A stretch of 32,000 nucleotides of DNA from Nitrosospira multiformis ATCC 25196. GTDB taxonomy: Bacteria; Pseudomonadota; Gammaproteobacteria; Burkholderiales; Nitrosomonadaceae. Position 1 is the first letter of the stretch, and the number at the start of each line of letters is the position of its first letter. The notes under the pieces were generated by a model. It was not told the origin of the DNA and searched no databases. It saw nothing but the letters and a program-made list of their open reading frames with translations. Shown piece by piece: positions 10,586 to 19,357 of the stretch. The DNA is taken from the NCBI RefSeq assembly GCF_000196355.1, contig NC_007614.1:570001-602000 (forward strand). Reading direction: 5' to 3'. The translations under genes and the position numbers were made by a program.

Positions 10586-11098
10586 ATGAAAAAAATCCTG
10601 TTGCTTACATGCTGTCTCTTGCTCGCGGCTTGCGGCTTTCAGTTGCGGGGCACCGCCGCGCTTCCGTTTGATACGCTTTATATTTCCTTCCCGCAAGGAC
10701 ATCCCATCGGTACCGATCTCAGGCGCCTCGTTCGGGCGAGCACCAGCACTCGCCTCGTTGACAACCGGAAAAAGGCCGAAGCCATACTGGAGATTCTCAG
10801 CGTCACCAATGACAGACAGATCATGTCCGTGTCAGGCGGCGGGCGCGTTCTGGAGTTTGAACTCCGGTACCGGGTTTCCTTCCGGCTGCTCGATGCCAAA
10901 GGGGAGGAACTCATTCCCACCAATGAACTGGCCCTGCGTCGAATCATGCCTTTTACCAATCAGCAGGTGGTCGCGAAGGAGGGGGAAGAGGCAATGCTCG
11001 TGCGGGAAATGCAGAGTGATTCGGCAGATCAGATCGTGCGGCGCCTTGGAGCAGTCAAGGTGGCGGAACTGAATAAGTCTCCACAGGTGAACCCCTGA
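10586..11098 (+). CDS. lptE: LPS-assembly lipoprotein LptE (RlpB)
   Basis: ATG at 10586 follows GAGGA at 6-nt spacing (the track starts at a TTG two codons earlier). Lipoprotein signal with lipobox LLAAC|GFQLRG (compare E. coli CGWHLRD). The C-terminal MLVREMQSDSADQIVRRL resembles E. coli MIVKEMYDRAAEQLIRKL. The leuS-lptE-holA order is conserved. Confidence 0.85.
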   Translation: MKKILLLTCCLLLAACGFQLRGTAALPFDTLYISFPQGHPIGTDLRRLVRASTSTRLVDNRKKAEAILEILSVTNDRQIMSVSGGGRVLEFELRYRVSFRLLDAKGEELIPTNELALRRIMPFTNQQVVAKEGEEAMLVREMQSDSADQIVRRLGAVKVAELNKSPQVNP

Positions 11099-11137
11099 CC
11101 GTTGACGCCTGTGTTGCGGTAACCTGAAGGCGAAGGC

Positions 11138-12154
11138 ATGCGTATTGCGCCCGAACAGCTTGCGCGGCATCTCGATAAACAGCTTGCACCGCTTTATACG
11201 GTATCCGGCGACGAATTACTTCTGGCAATCGAAGCTGCCGACCTGATCCGTGTAAAAGCGCGCCAAGGCGGGTATATCGAACGGGAAATTTTCAACGTCG
11301 ATAGCTATTTCAACTGGACAGAGCTGGAACGGTGCAGCAACAGCCTGTCGTTGTTCGGCGAAAGACGTATAATCGATCTGCGCATCCCCTCGGGCAAGCC
11401 GGGCAATCAGGGCAGCGCCGTTTTGGAGAAATACTGCCGCGCCCTGCCGCCAGATACCGTCACACTTGTCACCCTGCCCCGGATCGACCAGCAAGGTGCG
11501 GCAACCAGATGGTTCAAGGCGCTTGATGCAGCAGGAGCAGTCATTACGGTTTATCCGGTAGAACGCGGGCGGCTGCCCGACTGGATAGGCCAGCGGCTCA
11601 CCATGCAAGGGCAGAATGCCGACATCGACACGCTGCAATTTCTTGCCGACAAGGTAGAGGGCAATCTGCTCGCAGCCTATCAGGAACTCAAGAAACTTGC
11701 GTTGCTTTATCCACCCGGAATGCTGTCGTTCGAGCAGGTGAAGGATGCCGTGCTCGATGTCGCCCGTTATGATGCATTCAAACTATCCGATGCAATGGTT
11801 GCCGGGGATACCGCGCGCTATACGCGCATCCTGGAGGTTTTGCAGGGTGAAGGCATGGCATTGCCGCTGATCGTCAATACGCTGGCGGGGCAGATCCGCC
11901 TTCTTGTCGCGATTCGTACCGGACTCGACGCAGGGAAACCGCCGGGACAATTGACCAGCCAGTCTCGAGTATGGCGGGACCGGCAGAAAATAATGGAGAA
12001 CGCCGCTCGCCGCCTGAACCTTGAACAGTTGGCATCGGCGTTGTCACATGCCGCTAAAATAGACAGAGTCAGCAAGGGCGTTGCAAGCGGCGATCCCTGG
12101 GATGAGTTGCTCCAACTGGGTTTGCGTTTTGCGAAGATCGGGCAGCGGCAGTAG
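11138..12154 (+). CDS. holA: DNA polymerase III delta subunit
   Basis: 338 aa. It begins MRIAPEQLARHL...LYTVSGDELLL (E. coli: MIRLYPEQLRAQL..AYLLLGNDPLLL) and has the GNLLAAYQELKKLALL motif (E. coli: GNLLALAQALERLSLL). It sits in the conserved position after lptE. Confidence 0.87.
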   Translation: MRIAPEQLARHLDKQLAPLYTVSGDELLLAIEAADLIRVKARQGGYIEREIFNVDSYFNWTELERCSNSLSLFGERRIIDLRIPSGKPGNQGSAVLEKYCRALPPDTVTLVTLPRIDQQGAATRWFKALDAAGAVITVYPVERGRLPDWIGQRLTMQGQNADIDTLQFLADKVEGNLLAAYQELKKLALLYPPGMLSFEQVKDAVLDVARYDAFKLSDAMVAGDTARYTRILEVLQGEGMALPLIVNTLAGQIRLLVAIRTGLDAGKPPGQLTSQSRVWRDRQKIMENAARRLNLEQLASALSHAAKIDRVSKGVASGDPWDELLQLGLRFAKIGQRQ

Positions 12155-12277
12155 TTAAAGCATGGCAAAACGATGACGCAAACGGAGGATAGCCGGCATA
12201 GGCCGGGCTTCACCCGATCTGCCGTTACTGAACTCTTATCCGCGAACGCCGGAGTAGAGGAATTCTGGCAGCGGACT

Positions 12278-12380
12278 ATCAAGGCGCCGTCATACCCGCG
12301 AAAGCGGTATCCGGATTTTCTTGAGATAATAATATTATGAATCAGCGGGTTTCCGCCTTCGCGTAAATGACGATCAAGGT
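12278..12380. repeat. REP/MITE-like palindromic element: imperfect 25-26 bp inverted arms around an AT-rich core, flanked by a 7-bp direct repeat
   Basis: The left arm is CGTCATACCCGCGAAAGCGGTATCC (12288-12312). The right arm is GGGTTTCCGCCTTCGCGTAAATGACG (12347-12372). The reverse complement of the right arm matches the left at 19 of 25 positions. The left arm contains a CCGC-GAAA-GCGG mini-hairpin. ATCAAGG occurs at 12278-12284 and again at 12373-12379. Confidence 0.45.
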
Positions 12381-12549
12381 TTTGCCCAAGGCACTCTCCC
12401 TTATTACCAAGCCGCCGTCATTGCCGATGGAGCTCTCCGGATTTCCATGAATTTTATTCCTGACAATAGTCGGGCTTGACCCGGAATCCAGTTCCGGAAT
12501 CCCAGTTACTCCTGCAATTTTAATTTACTGTCTGAATGGAACCATTGAC

Positions 12550-13815
12550 ATGGACATCATCGACATCAAGACCTATATGCACTCCATCGGGCGTGAAGCC
12601 CGAGCCGCCTCGCGCTTGATTGCCAAAGCGGAAACGGCGGCCAAGAACCGGGCACTTACACAGATGGCGGTGGCTATAAAACGGGATGAGCAGCAGCTGT
12701 TGGCAGCGAATGCCCGGGACGTGGAAAATGCGAAAGAACGGGGATTGGAAGCGGCAATGATAGACCGGTTGACGCTCACGCCCAAAAGCGTGGCGAGCAT
12801 GGCCGAAGGTTTGCTGCAAATAGCAGCGCTAGCCGATCCGGTCGGTGAAATAAGCGATTTGAACTACCGTCCCTCCGGCATACAGGTGGGAAAAATGCGC
12901 GTACCGCTGGGCGTGATCGGCATCATTTATGAAGCGCGCCCCAACGTCACGGCCGATGCCGCGGGGTTGTGCCTCAAGGCGGGTAACGCAGCGATATTGC
13001 GCGGGGGATCGGAAGCCATTTACAGCAATCAGGCGATCGCGGCGTGCGTCAGGGAGGGGCTTAAGACCGCCGGTTTGCCCGAGACGGCGATACAGGTTAT
13101 CGAAACAACCGACCGGGCTGCCGTGGGTGAACTCGTCACCATGAAAGAATTCGTCGATGTCATCGTGCCCCGCGGCGGCAAGGGGTTGATCGAGCGCATC
13201 TCGAATGAAGCGCGCATCCCCGTCATCAAGCACCTGGATGGCGTATGCCATATTTATATCGACGAAGAAGCGGACCAGGAAAAGGCCATTCGTGTTGCGG
13301 ACAACGCCAAGACCCAGCGCTACGGCACCTGCAACACACTCGAAACATTGCTGGTGCATGAGAATATTGCCGGGGAAGTGCTGCCGCCGCTGTGCAGAAT
13401 CTACCTGGACAAGGGCGTGGAACTGCGCGGCGATCCGGCCTCGCAGGCGATCATTCCGGAAATGAAGGAAGCCAGGGAGGAAGACTGGTATACGGAATAT
13501 CTTGCGCCTGTCTTGAGCGTGCGGGTGGTAAGCAGTCTCGATCAGGCTATCGAGCACATTACGATTTACGGCTCCCAACACACGGATTCCATCATTACCG
13601 AGAATTACAGCAACGCGCGCCGTTTCTTGCGCGAAGTGGATTCCAGTTCTGTCATGGTGAATGCCTCCACCCGCTTCGCGGATGGATTCGAGTACGGCCT
13701 CGGCGCGGAAATTGGTATCTCCACCGATAAGCTTCATGCTCGCGGCCCGGTGGGACTGGAAGGATTGACCAGCCAGAAATTCATCGTCCTGGGTGACGGG
13801 CATATCCGGCAGTAG
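12550..13815 (+). CDS. proA: Gamma-glutamyl phosphate reductase
   Basis: 421 aa, collinear with ProA. Matching segments include [59 protein letters not shown], and the catalytic Cys context [13 protein letters not shown]. Confidence 0.95.
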   Translation: MDIIDIKTYMHSIGREARAASRLIAKAETAAKNRALTQMAVAIKRDEQQLLAANARDVENAKERGLEAAMIDRLTLTPKSVASMAEGLLQIAALADPVGEISDLNYRPSGIQVGKMRVPLGVIGIIYEARPNVTADAAGLCLKAGNAAILRGGSEAIYSNQAIAACVREGLKTAGLPETAIQVIETTDRAAVGELVTMKEFVDVIVPRGGKGLIERISNEARIPVIKHLDGVCHIYIDEEADQEKAIRVADNAKTQRYGTCNTLETLLVHENIAGEVLPPLCRIYLDKGVELRGDPASQAIIPEMKEAREEDWYTEYLAPVLSVRVVSSLDQAIEHITIYGSQHTDSIITENYSNARRFLREVDSSSVMVNASTRFADGFEYGLGAEIGISTDKLHARGPVGLEGLTSQKFIVLGDGHIRQ

Positions 13816-13865
13816 GTTTCCAGGAATAAGGTTCAATTTTATTTCCTTAAACTAATAAGGTTTTC

Positions 13866-15746
13866 ATGGCTCAGCTTACCGAAATCAAAGTACCGGATAT
13901 TGGCGACTTCAAGGATGTCGCAGTGATTGAAGTGCTGGTGAAACCCGGCGATACAGTGGAAAAGGAAACATCGCTTATCACCCTGGAAACCGATAAGGCA
14001 TCCATTGAAGTTCCTTCACCCCAAAGTGGCATTGTGAAGGAACTTAAAGTCAAGGTTGGCGACAAGGTTTCGGAAGGCTCGATCATACTCATGCTGGAGG
14101 CCACAACAGCAGAAGCGGCTGCTCCTGCTAAAGCCTCTGAACCTGGTGGTGCGAGCAAGCAGGAAGAGCCGGCTGAGAAGCCCGCTGCCAACGTTGCTCC
14201 TCCATCGGAAAAAGAGGAAGAAGAGAAAACGCCGGCCTCAGTCGCTGCTCCTGCTCCTGAATCCGTAGCACCACCCGCTGCACCTTCGATTCCACAAGGT
14301 GATATTCATGCCGATATAGTGGTATTGGGTGCAGGGCCGGGTGGCTATACCGCCGCCTTTCGTGCTGCCGATCTCGGCAAGAATGTGGTCTTGATCGAGC
14401 GCTACTCCACGCTTGGCGGCGTCTGTCTCAATGTGGGCTGCATTCCCTCCAAGGCGCTGCTGCATGTGGCGAAAGTCATCACCGACGCCGAGGAAACAGC
14501 GCAACAGGGTATCGCTTTCGCTAAGCCCGGCATAGAAATAGACAAACTGCGAGGATGGAAGGAATCCATCATCGGCAAACTCACCAAGGGATTGACGGGG
14601 CTGGCGAAGCAACGCAAGGTGAAGGTAGTGCGGGGAACGGGCAGGTTCACTTCGCCGAATATGATCGAAGTGGAAACCTCCGACGGAAAAAAAACAGTGT
14701 CGTTCGAGCACTGCATCATTGCCGCGGGTTCTGCTGCCGCTCGCATTCCCGGTTTCCCCTACGATGACCCGCGGATCATCGATTCCACTGGCGCGCTCAA
14801 GCTGGAGAGCATCCCCAAGCGCATGCTGATCATCGGGGGCGGCATTATCGGTCTCGAAATGGCGACGGTCTACGATGCGCTCGGCAGCAGGATCAGTGTC
14901 GTCGAATTGATGGATCAATTGATTCCCGGCGCGGATGCCGATCTTATCCGGCCGCTGCACAAACGCATACAGAAACGCTACGAGGCCATCTACCTCAAAA
15001 CCAAAGTCACCAGAATTGAAGCGCTGCAAGAAGGATTGAGAGTCACGTTCGAAGGATCCTCGGAAGGTGGCGGCCCAGAGGGCACTGGAGCACCCGAACC
15101 GCAAGTATATGACCGGATCCTGATGGCGGTAGGACGCCGGCCAAATGGCCGCGAAATTGGGGCAGAAAAGGCAGGTATAGCTGTGAACGAGCGTGGCTTC
15201 ATCCCGGTGGATAAGCAGTTGCGGACCAACGTCTCTCACATTTTCGCCATAGGCGACATCGCGGGCGAGCCCATGCTGGCGCACAAGGCATCGCATGAAG
15301 GCAAACTGGCGGCGGAAATCATCGCCGGCGGGGAGAAGATGAAGTCAGCAGCGTTCGACGCTCGCGCCATTCCCTCGGTAGCTTACACCGATCCTGAGAT
15401 CGCCTGGATGGGCCTCACCGAAACCGAAGCCAAAAAGCAAGGTATCGAAATCGAAAAAGCGGTATTTCCGTGGGCCGTCAGCGGTCGTGCTTTGGCAATG
15501 GCGCGCGACGAGGGCATGACAAAGTTAATCCTGGACAAGAAGACGCGGCGCATTCTCGGCGCGGGCATCGTAGGCATCAATGCCGGCGAACTGATATCCG
15601 AAACCGTACTGGGATTGGAAATGGGCGCGGATATGGAAGATATCGGCCTTACCATCCATCCGCATCCGACTCTATCCGAAACAGTGTTCTTTGCCGCTGA
15701 GATCGCGGAGGGGACGATTACCGATCTTTATATGCCGAAGAAGTAG
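13866..15746 (+). CDS. lpdA: Dihydrolipoyl dehydrogenase (E3) with a fused N-terminal lipoyl domain and an Ala/Pro/Glu linker
   Basis: 626 aa. Residues 1-78 form a lipoyl domain with the lipoyl-lysine motif [13 protein letters not shown] (K44, nt 13995-13997). An approximately 70-aa linker follows ([12 protein letters not shown]...[25 protein letters not shown]). Then comes a canonical E3: [17 protein letters not shown], the redox disulfide [16 protein letters not shown], and the C-terminal HPHPTLSE. Confidence 0.93.
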   Translation: MAQLTEIKVPDIGDFKDVAVIEVLVKPGDTVEKETSLITLETDKASIEVPSPQSGIVKELKVKVGDKVSEGSIILMLEATTAEAAAPAKASEPGGASKQEEPAEKPAANVAPPSEKEEEEKTPASVAAPAPESVAPPAAPSIPQGDIHADIVVLGAGPGGYTAAFRAADLGKNVVLIERYSTLGGVCLNVGCIPSKALLHVAKVITDAEETAQQGIAFAKPGIEIDKLRGWKESIIGKLTKGLTGLAKQRKVKVVRGTGRFTSPNMIEVETSDGKKTVSFEHCIIAAGSAAARIPGFPYDDPRIIDSTGALKLESIPKRMLIIGGGIIGLEMATVYDALGSRISVVELMDQLIPGADADLIRPLHKRIQKRYEAIYLKTKVTRIEALQEGLRVTFEGSSEGGGPEGTGAPEPQVYDRILMAVGRRPNGREIGAEKAGIAVNERGFIPVDKQLRTNVSHIFAIGDIAGEPMLAHKASHEGKLAAEIIAGGEKMKSAAFDARAIPSVAYTDPEIAWMGLTETEAKKQGIEIEKAVFPWAVSGRALAMARDEGMTKLILDKKTRRILGAGIVGINAGELISETVLGLEMGADMEDIGLTIHPHPTLSETVFFAAEIAEGTITDLYMPKK

Positions 15747-15755
15747 AGGATCAAT

Positions 15756-15810
15756 GGGGTCGGAGCCGATTGACTTTCAGAAATCAGTCGACTCCGACTC
15801 CTTGATTTTG
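15756..15810 (+). terminator. Intrinsic terminator hairpin between the convergent lpdA and rh50 genes
   Basis: GGGGTCGGAGCCGATTGAC (15756-15774), loop TTTCAGAA, then ATCAGTCGACTCCGACTCC (15783-15801). 15 of 19 positions pair. TTGATTTTG follows on the plus strand. It lies 10 nt after the lpdA stop and 27 nt after the rh50 stop. Confidence 0.55.
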
Positions 15811-15828
15811 GCTCAGGCCACCGCCCTT

Positions 15829-17052
15829 TTAAGTTGAAGTCTCGCCTTCCAGCACTATGGCCTCGATTTCCGTAGCTTCCGGTCCTTCGGTGTGGGTGAA
15901 TTCCTCACTATCCTCGTAAGCCAGACGGGTTGTGCCGGTGGCCCTGATGAGCGCGCCAGCCGCGAGTCCTGCTATCAGAGCGAACACGACACTGAAGGCG
16001 ATGCCGATGAATTGGGCAACTGCTATGCCGGGCACGACCAGGACAGCAACGAATGCACCCAGCAATCCCGGCATTCCGTGCAGATTATGGACGCCACAGG
16101 TGTCGACGATCTTGAAGCGTCTCTCAAGTGCGGGTTGAATGAACACGAACCCGATGACGCTGACCGCGCCGGCAAGCAGGCCGATCGCAAAAGCACCTGT
16201 CGGCGACACGATATTGCAGGTGGAACCGATCGCTACTCCGCCGGCCAGCGCGGCATTCGCCATATCGACCATCGAGGTTTTGCCTTTATGGAAATATGTG
16301 CTCAAGAAATATGTGGTGATCGTGGCGCCGCACAGAGCGAGTACAGTGTTGACCACTGTCTGCGGCATCTGCTCGAAGGGAACGATGGCGGTGGCGAAAC
16401 TGGGCCAGAAAAGCCACAGGACCATTGAACCCAGCATTGCGAATCGATCAGAAGTCGCATCCGACTCAATCGGCTGGCTTCGTTGTCGCGCCGTGGTCAG
16501 CGCAAGGGATAACCCCAAGCCAAAATATGCACCGAACGCATGTATGATGATCGATCCCGCAGTATCCTGAAATCCCTCGGTCATACCCATTCCATTATCC
16601 AGCACCAGCCATTCGTTCAAGAGATAAGCAGGAATCAGGAGCAGCGCCAGCAGTGCGTATTGGAAAACGCGGAGACGACCGAGGACCGCGCCCATGGCGA
16701 TCAACCCGGACGCTACCGCGAATTCAGCAAAGAGCAGTGCCTGCACCGTGTTCGGAGCAATTTCGTGGGCGAATACGCCGTTTGCGCGAAGCAGAATGTA
16801 AAGCGGAAGACCGACAGCGACTACCAGATATGTTCCGGTCGTGGCTCCAAATCCATATCTTTTGACAAATACCATGAGAAAGCCGAAACCCACCAGCAAC
16901 ATGGCGAGGATATGGATTACATAATTGTATTGAGCTACCTGTCGTGCCTCGTTAAGCTGGGGCGCAGTGCCCCCCTCGCTCGCCCAGGCACTTAAATACA
17001 ACAGAAAAAAACCGGCTGTGCCACACAACGTCATGCAGAGACTTTTTTTCAT
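15829..17052 (-). CDS. rh50: Rh-family (Rh50-type) ammonium/ammonia channel
   Basis: 407 aa from ATG 17052, with GGAGGG 5 nt upstream (the track ORF starts 4 codons earlier). N-terminal signal MKKSLCMTLCGTAGFFLLYLSAWA. There are about 11-12 TM helices. Rh-type twin-His contexts are present (IIIHAFGAYFGLG and CGVHNLHGMPGLLGA), along with AGGVAIGS. Confidence 0.85.
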   Translation of the reverse strand: MKKSLCMTLCGTAGFFLLYLSAWASEGGTAPQLNEARQVAQYNYVIHILAMLLVGFGFLMVFVKRYGFGATTGTYLVVAVGLPLYILLRANGVFAHEIAPNTVQALLFAEFAVASGLIAMGAVLGRLRVFQYALLALLLIPAYLLNEWLVLDNGMGMTEGFQDTAGSIIIHAFGAYFGLGLSLALTTARQRSQPIESDATSDRFAMLGSMVLWLFWPSFATAIVPFEQMPQTVVNTVLALCGATITTYFLSTYFHKGKTSMVDMANAALAGGVAIGSTCNIVSPTGAFAIGLLAGAVSVIGFVFIQPALERRFKIVDTCGVHNLHGMPGLLGAFVAVLVVPGIAVAQFIGIAFSVVFALIAGLAAGALIRATGTTRLAYEDSEEFTHTEGPEATEIEAIVLEGETST

Positions 17053-17669
17053 TTTTCCCTCCATATTGTTTACGGTTATCTGACTTGCCCAGGCACAGTG
17101 TGAACCTCGATAGCCTCAAGTACAATAGGGATATTTCAATAAAGTAAACGGACTTCAATTTAAAAAAGAAATACGCGGCCGGGCTTCGAAGTCTCAGCAG
17201 GAGCAGGCGGTATTGATCCTGGGATGTTCGCCGTATGGGAGGGAAAGAAGAGCAGGATTGTGTAGCGGAATTCAAGAAGGACCAGACGAAAAATTTCTGG
17301 TTTCCATACTGTGGAGAGAAACAGCAGATTGCATCTTGCTAGATAGCATACTCACGAGACTTTGAGCCAAAGGCGATGCACCTGATCTTGGATGGCGGCA
17401 AGAAGTGAAGTGCTGTTTGGGGAGTATCGGAGGGCAATGCCTCCCGCGTTTCAGATGGAGGATGGAGAATGGTATTTTCACGGCAGGGCAACGGGGTTGC
17501 GGTCTAAGATGAAGAGGGTGCGCTCAATGCACCCGTTCGCGCAGTGCGACGGCAAGGCCGTTCTTTCCGGACCACATCCTTGGACGCAACATTCCCGGCC
17601 TGCGAACTCTCACTCTTCTTCCCCCGGAACTCGGTTTCGCTGCCCGTTAAAATCCCAGGAGTCCCCTTC

Positions 17670-18296
17670 TTACAGCCTCTTTCTTGACTGATATCTGCGA
17701 TAGAGTTCAAGGACCTTGGGCACGTAATTTCTGGTCTCCTGAAACGGTGGAATCCGGTTTCCGTACTTGATGACGTTGTTTTCGCCAGCATTGTAGGCGG
17801 CCAGGGTGAGGCTCAGATTTCCGTTGAACATTCTCAGCAGCTCGGTGAGATATCTTGCGCCGCCATGGAGATTCTGCACGGGATCGAAGCGATCGATTAC
17901 GCCATATCTTTGGGCAGTTTCCGGCATGAGTTGCATCAGGCCCGCCGCACCCTTTTTTGAAACCGCCCTGGGGTTGTAGGCCGATTCGACAGTAACCACG
18001 GCGTGGAGCAGTGCGTCTTCAAGGGCGTGGGCGCGGGCGACTTCCTTGATTACCGAACCATATTGCGCCTTGAGTGATGCGACCGGATGCCCGTTATTTG
18101 AAGCGGTCCGTGATTTCCTGGAGTTGGCGCTGCTCCCGATGAATGGAACATACCGTTCATCCGCAGGGACGTTGCTGAAATGCACCACCCCATGTTCATC
18201 GGTAAACGAGTAGATGATCTCTGCAGATGCGGGCTGTGTCAATCCATAGCTCAGCAATATCGCTATGGTCAGCGGTGTCGATGATTTCAAGCTCAT
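17670..18296 (-). CDS. Secreted lytic transglycosylase (SLT domain) with an N-terminal DUF4124-like segment
   Basis: 208 aa with signal peptide ...LTQPASA|E. The DUF4124-like segment is IIYSFTDEHGVVHFSNVP. The SLT catalytic region is LLHAVVTVESAYNPRAVSKKGAAGLMQLMPETAQRYG...AAYNAG. Confidence 0.85.
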   Translation of the reverse strand: MSLKSSTPLTIAILLSYGLTQPASAEIIYSFTDEHGVVHFSNVPADERYVPFIGSSANSRKSRTASNNGHPVASLKAQYGSVIKEVARAHALEDALLHAVVTVESAYNPRAVSKKGAAGLMQLMPETAQRYGVIDRFDPVQNLHGGARYLTELLRMFNGNLSLTLAAYNAGENNVIKYGNRIPPFQETRNYVPKVLELYRRYQSRKRL

Positions 18297-18381
18297 AAAG
18301 CCGGAGTCCAGGCTTTCGCCTTTTTTGTATGCCCCGAAGTGGCTGCTAGATTATACTCATGCTCATGTTAAATATTTACTT

Positions 18382-18412
18382 TTTATAAACAGGTATTTTC
18401 CCTGTTTATAAA
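18382..18412. promoter_or_regulatory. Perfect 12-bp inverted repeat (possible operator or AU-rich hairpin) between rsmA and the transglycosylase gene
   Basis: TTTATAAACAGG (18382-18393), spacer TATTTTC, then CCTGTTTATAAA (18401-18412). It lies 97 nt downstream of the rsmA stop and 86 nt upstream of the transglycosylase ATG. A minus-strand TATAAT (plus coordinates 18350-18355) lies between the palindrome and that ATG. Confidence 0.35.
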
Positions 18413-18508
18413 TGAGAAGCGGAGAGCGACAGGGCTTGGTTCGATTGGCTTTTTGCTCTGATCTCAGTTCAGAACTTAGCGTAACACTTCTGCTACTTTC
18501 AATCGACT

Positions 18509-19288
18509 TCAACCGGATCTGACTCTATTAAAGTAGTTTGTAATCGCTACATACTGCGTAATCGATAAGTTTTCCGCTCGAAGATTAGAGTCGATTCCCA
18601 GCTTGAGATAATCCTCCCCCGTAAGATAATCGCGTAACGTGTTGCGCAGTATTTTGCGGCGCTGCGAGAAGGCGGCGGAAACGATTTCCGCAAACAATTT
18701 TTCCTGGCTCGCCTCGATTAGCGGTTTCTTGAGTGGAATCATGCGAACCACGGCCGATTGGACCTTTGGCGGCGGGTGGAAGCATTCAGGCGGAACGATG
18801 AAGAGTTGCTCCATCTCGAAGCGGCATTGCAGCATGACTGAAAGCCGTCCGTAATCCGAAGTAGAGGGTTTGGCTACCATGCGGGCGACCACTTCTTTCT
18901 GTAGCATGAAGTGCATGTCGCGGAGGTGGTCCGTGAACCGGCTCAGGTGGAAAAGGAGCGGAGTGGAAATGTTGTAGGGCAGATTGCCCACTACCCGCAG
19001 ACTTTCACCGAGGCTGGAGAAATCGAATTCGAGCGCATCCCCTTCATGTACTGTCAGCCTTTTCGCAGAAAATTCATTACGTAGCCGCTTCACGATATCC
19101 CGGTCGATCTCCACCACATGCAGATGTTCAAGTGACTGGAGCAGGGGCTGCGTCAATGCTCCCAGTCCTGGGCCGATCTCTACCATTACATCCTCCCGGC
19201 GGGGATGGAGGGCGTGAACAATGTCGGTTACGGTTTGGGAGTCAACCAGGAAATTCTGGCCGAAACGCCTGCGGGGGGTGTGCTGCAT
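18509..19288 (-). CDS. rsmA: 16S rRNA (adenine1518/1519-N6)-dimethyltransferase RsmA/KsgA
   Basis: 259 aa: PRRRFGQNFLVD, SAM-binding VMVEIGPGLGALT, and VVGNLPYNISTP. It sits in the conserved position after pdxA. Confidence 0.95.
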   Translation of the reverse strand: MQHTPRRRFGQNFLVDSQTVTDIVHALHPRREDVMVEIGPGLGALTQPLLQSLEHLHVVEIDRDIVKRLRNEFSAKRLTVHEGDALEFDFSSLGESLRVVGNLPYNISTPLLFHLSRFTDHLRDMHFMLQKEVVARMVAKPSTSDYGRLSVMLQCRFEMEQLFIVPPECFHPPPKVQSAVVRMIPLKKPLIEASQEKLFAEIVSAAFSQRRKILRNTLRDYLTGEDYLKLGIDSNLRAENLSITQYVAITNYFNRVRSG

Positions 19289-19357
19289 GGTTTATGAGGG
19301 TTTGCAGGTTCGTTCATCCTTTGACAAGCTCAGGTGAACGGGATGCAGGGTTGAGAG

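Noticed and set aside
12188-12210. Hairpin AGCCGGC-ATA-GGCCGGGCT after holA as an intrinsic terminator
   Set aside because: The stem needs a bulge and is only 7 bp. It is followed by CACCCGATC rather than a U-tract. The evidence is too weak to annotate.
14687-14694. An A8 homopolymer in lpdA, and T7 runs at 17044-17050 and 24304-24310, as phase-variation tracts
   Set aside because: Runs of 7-8 nt inside essential or housekeeping genes are common by chance at this base composition, and nothing in the context suggests contingency loci. Only the run inside the porin's low-complexity segment is mentioned, and as low priority.
18430-18460. A tRNA T-loop-like GGTTCGATT sequence downstream of rsmA
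   Set aside because: The flanking bases cannot form a 5-bp T-stem (CTTGG versus GGCTT are not complementary). No acceptor or anticodon arms can be drawn.
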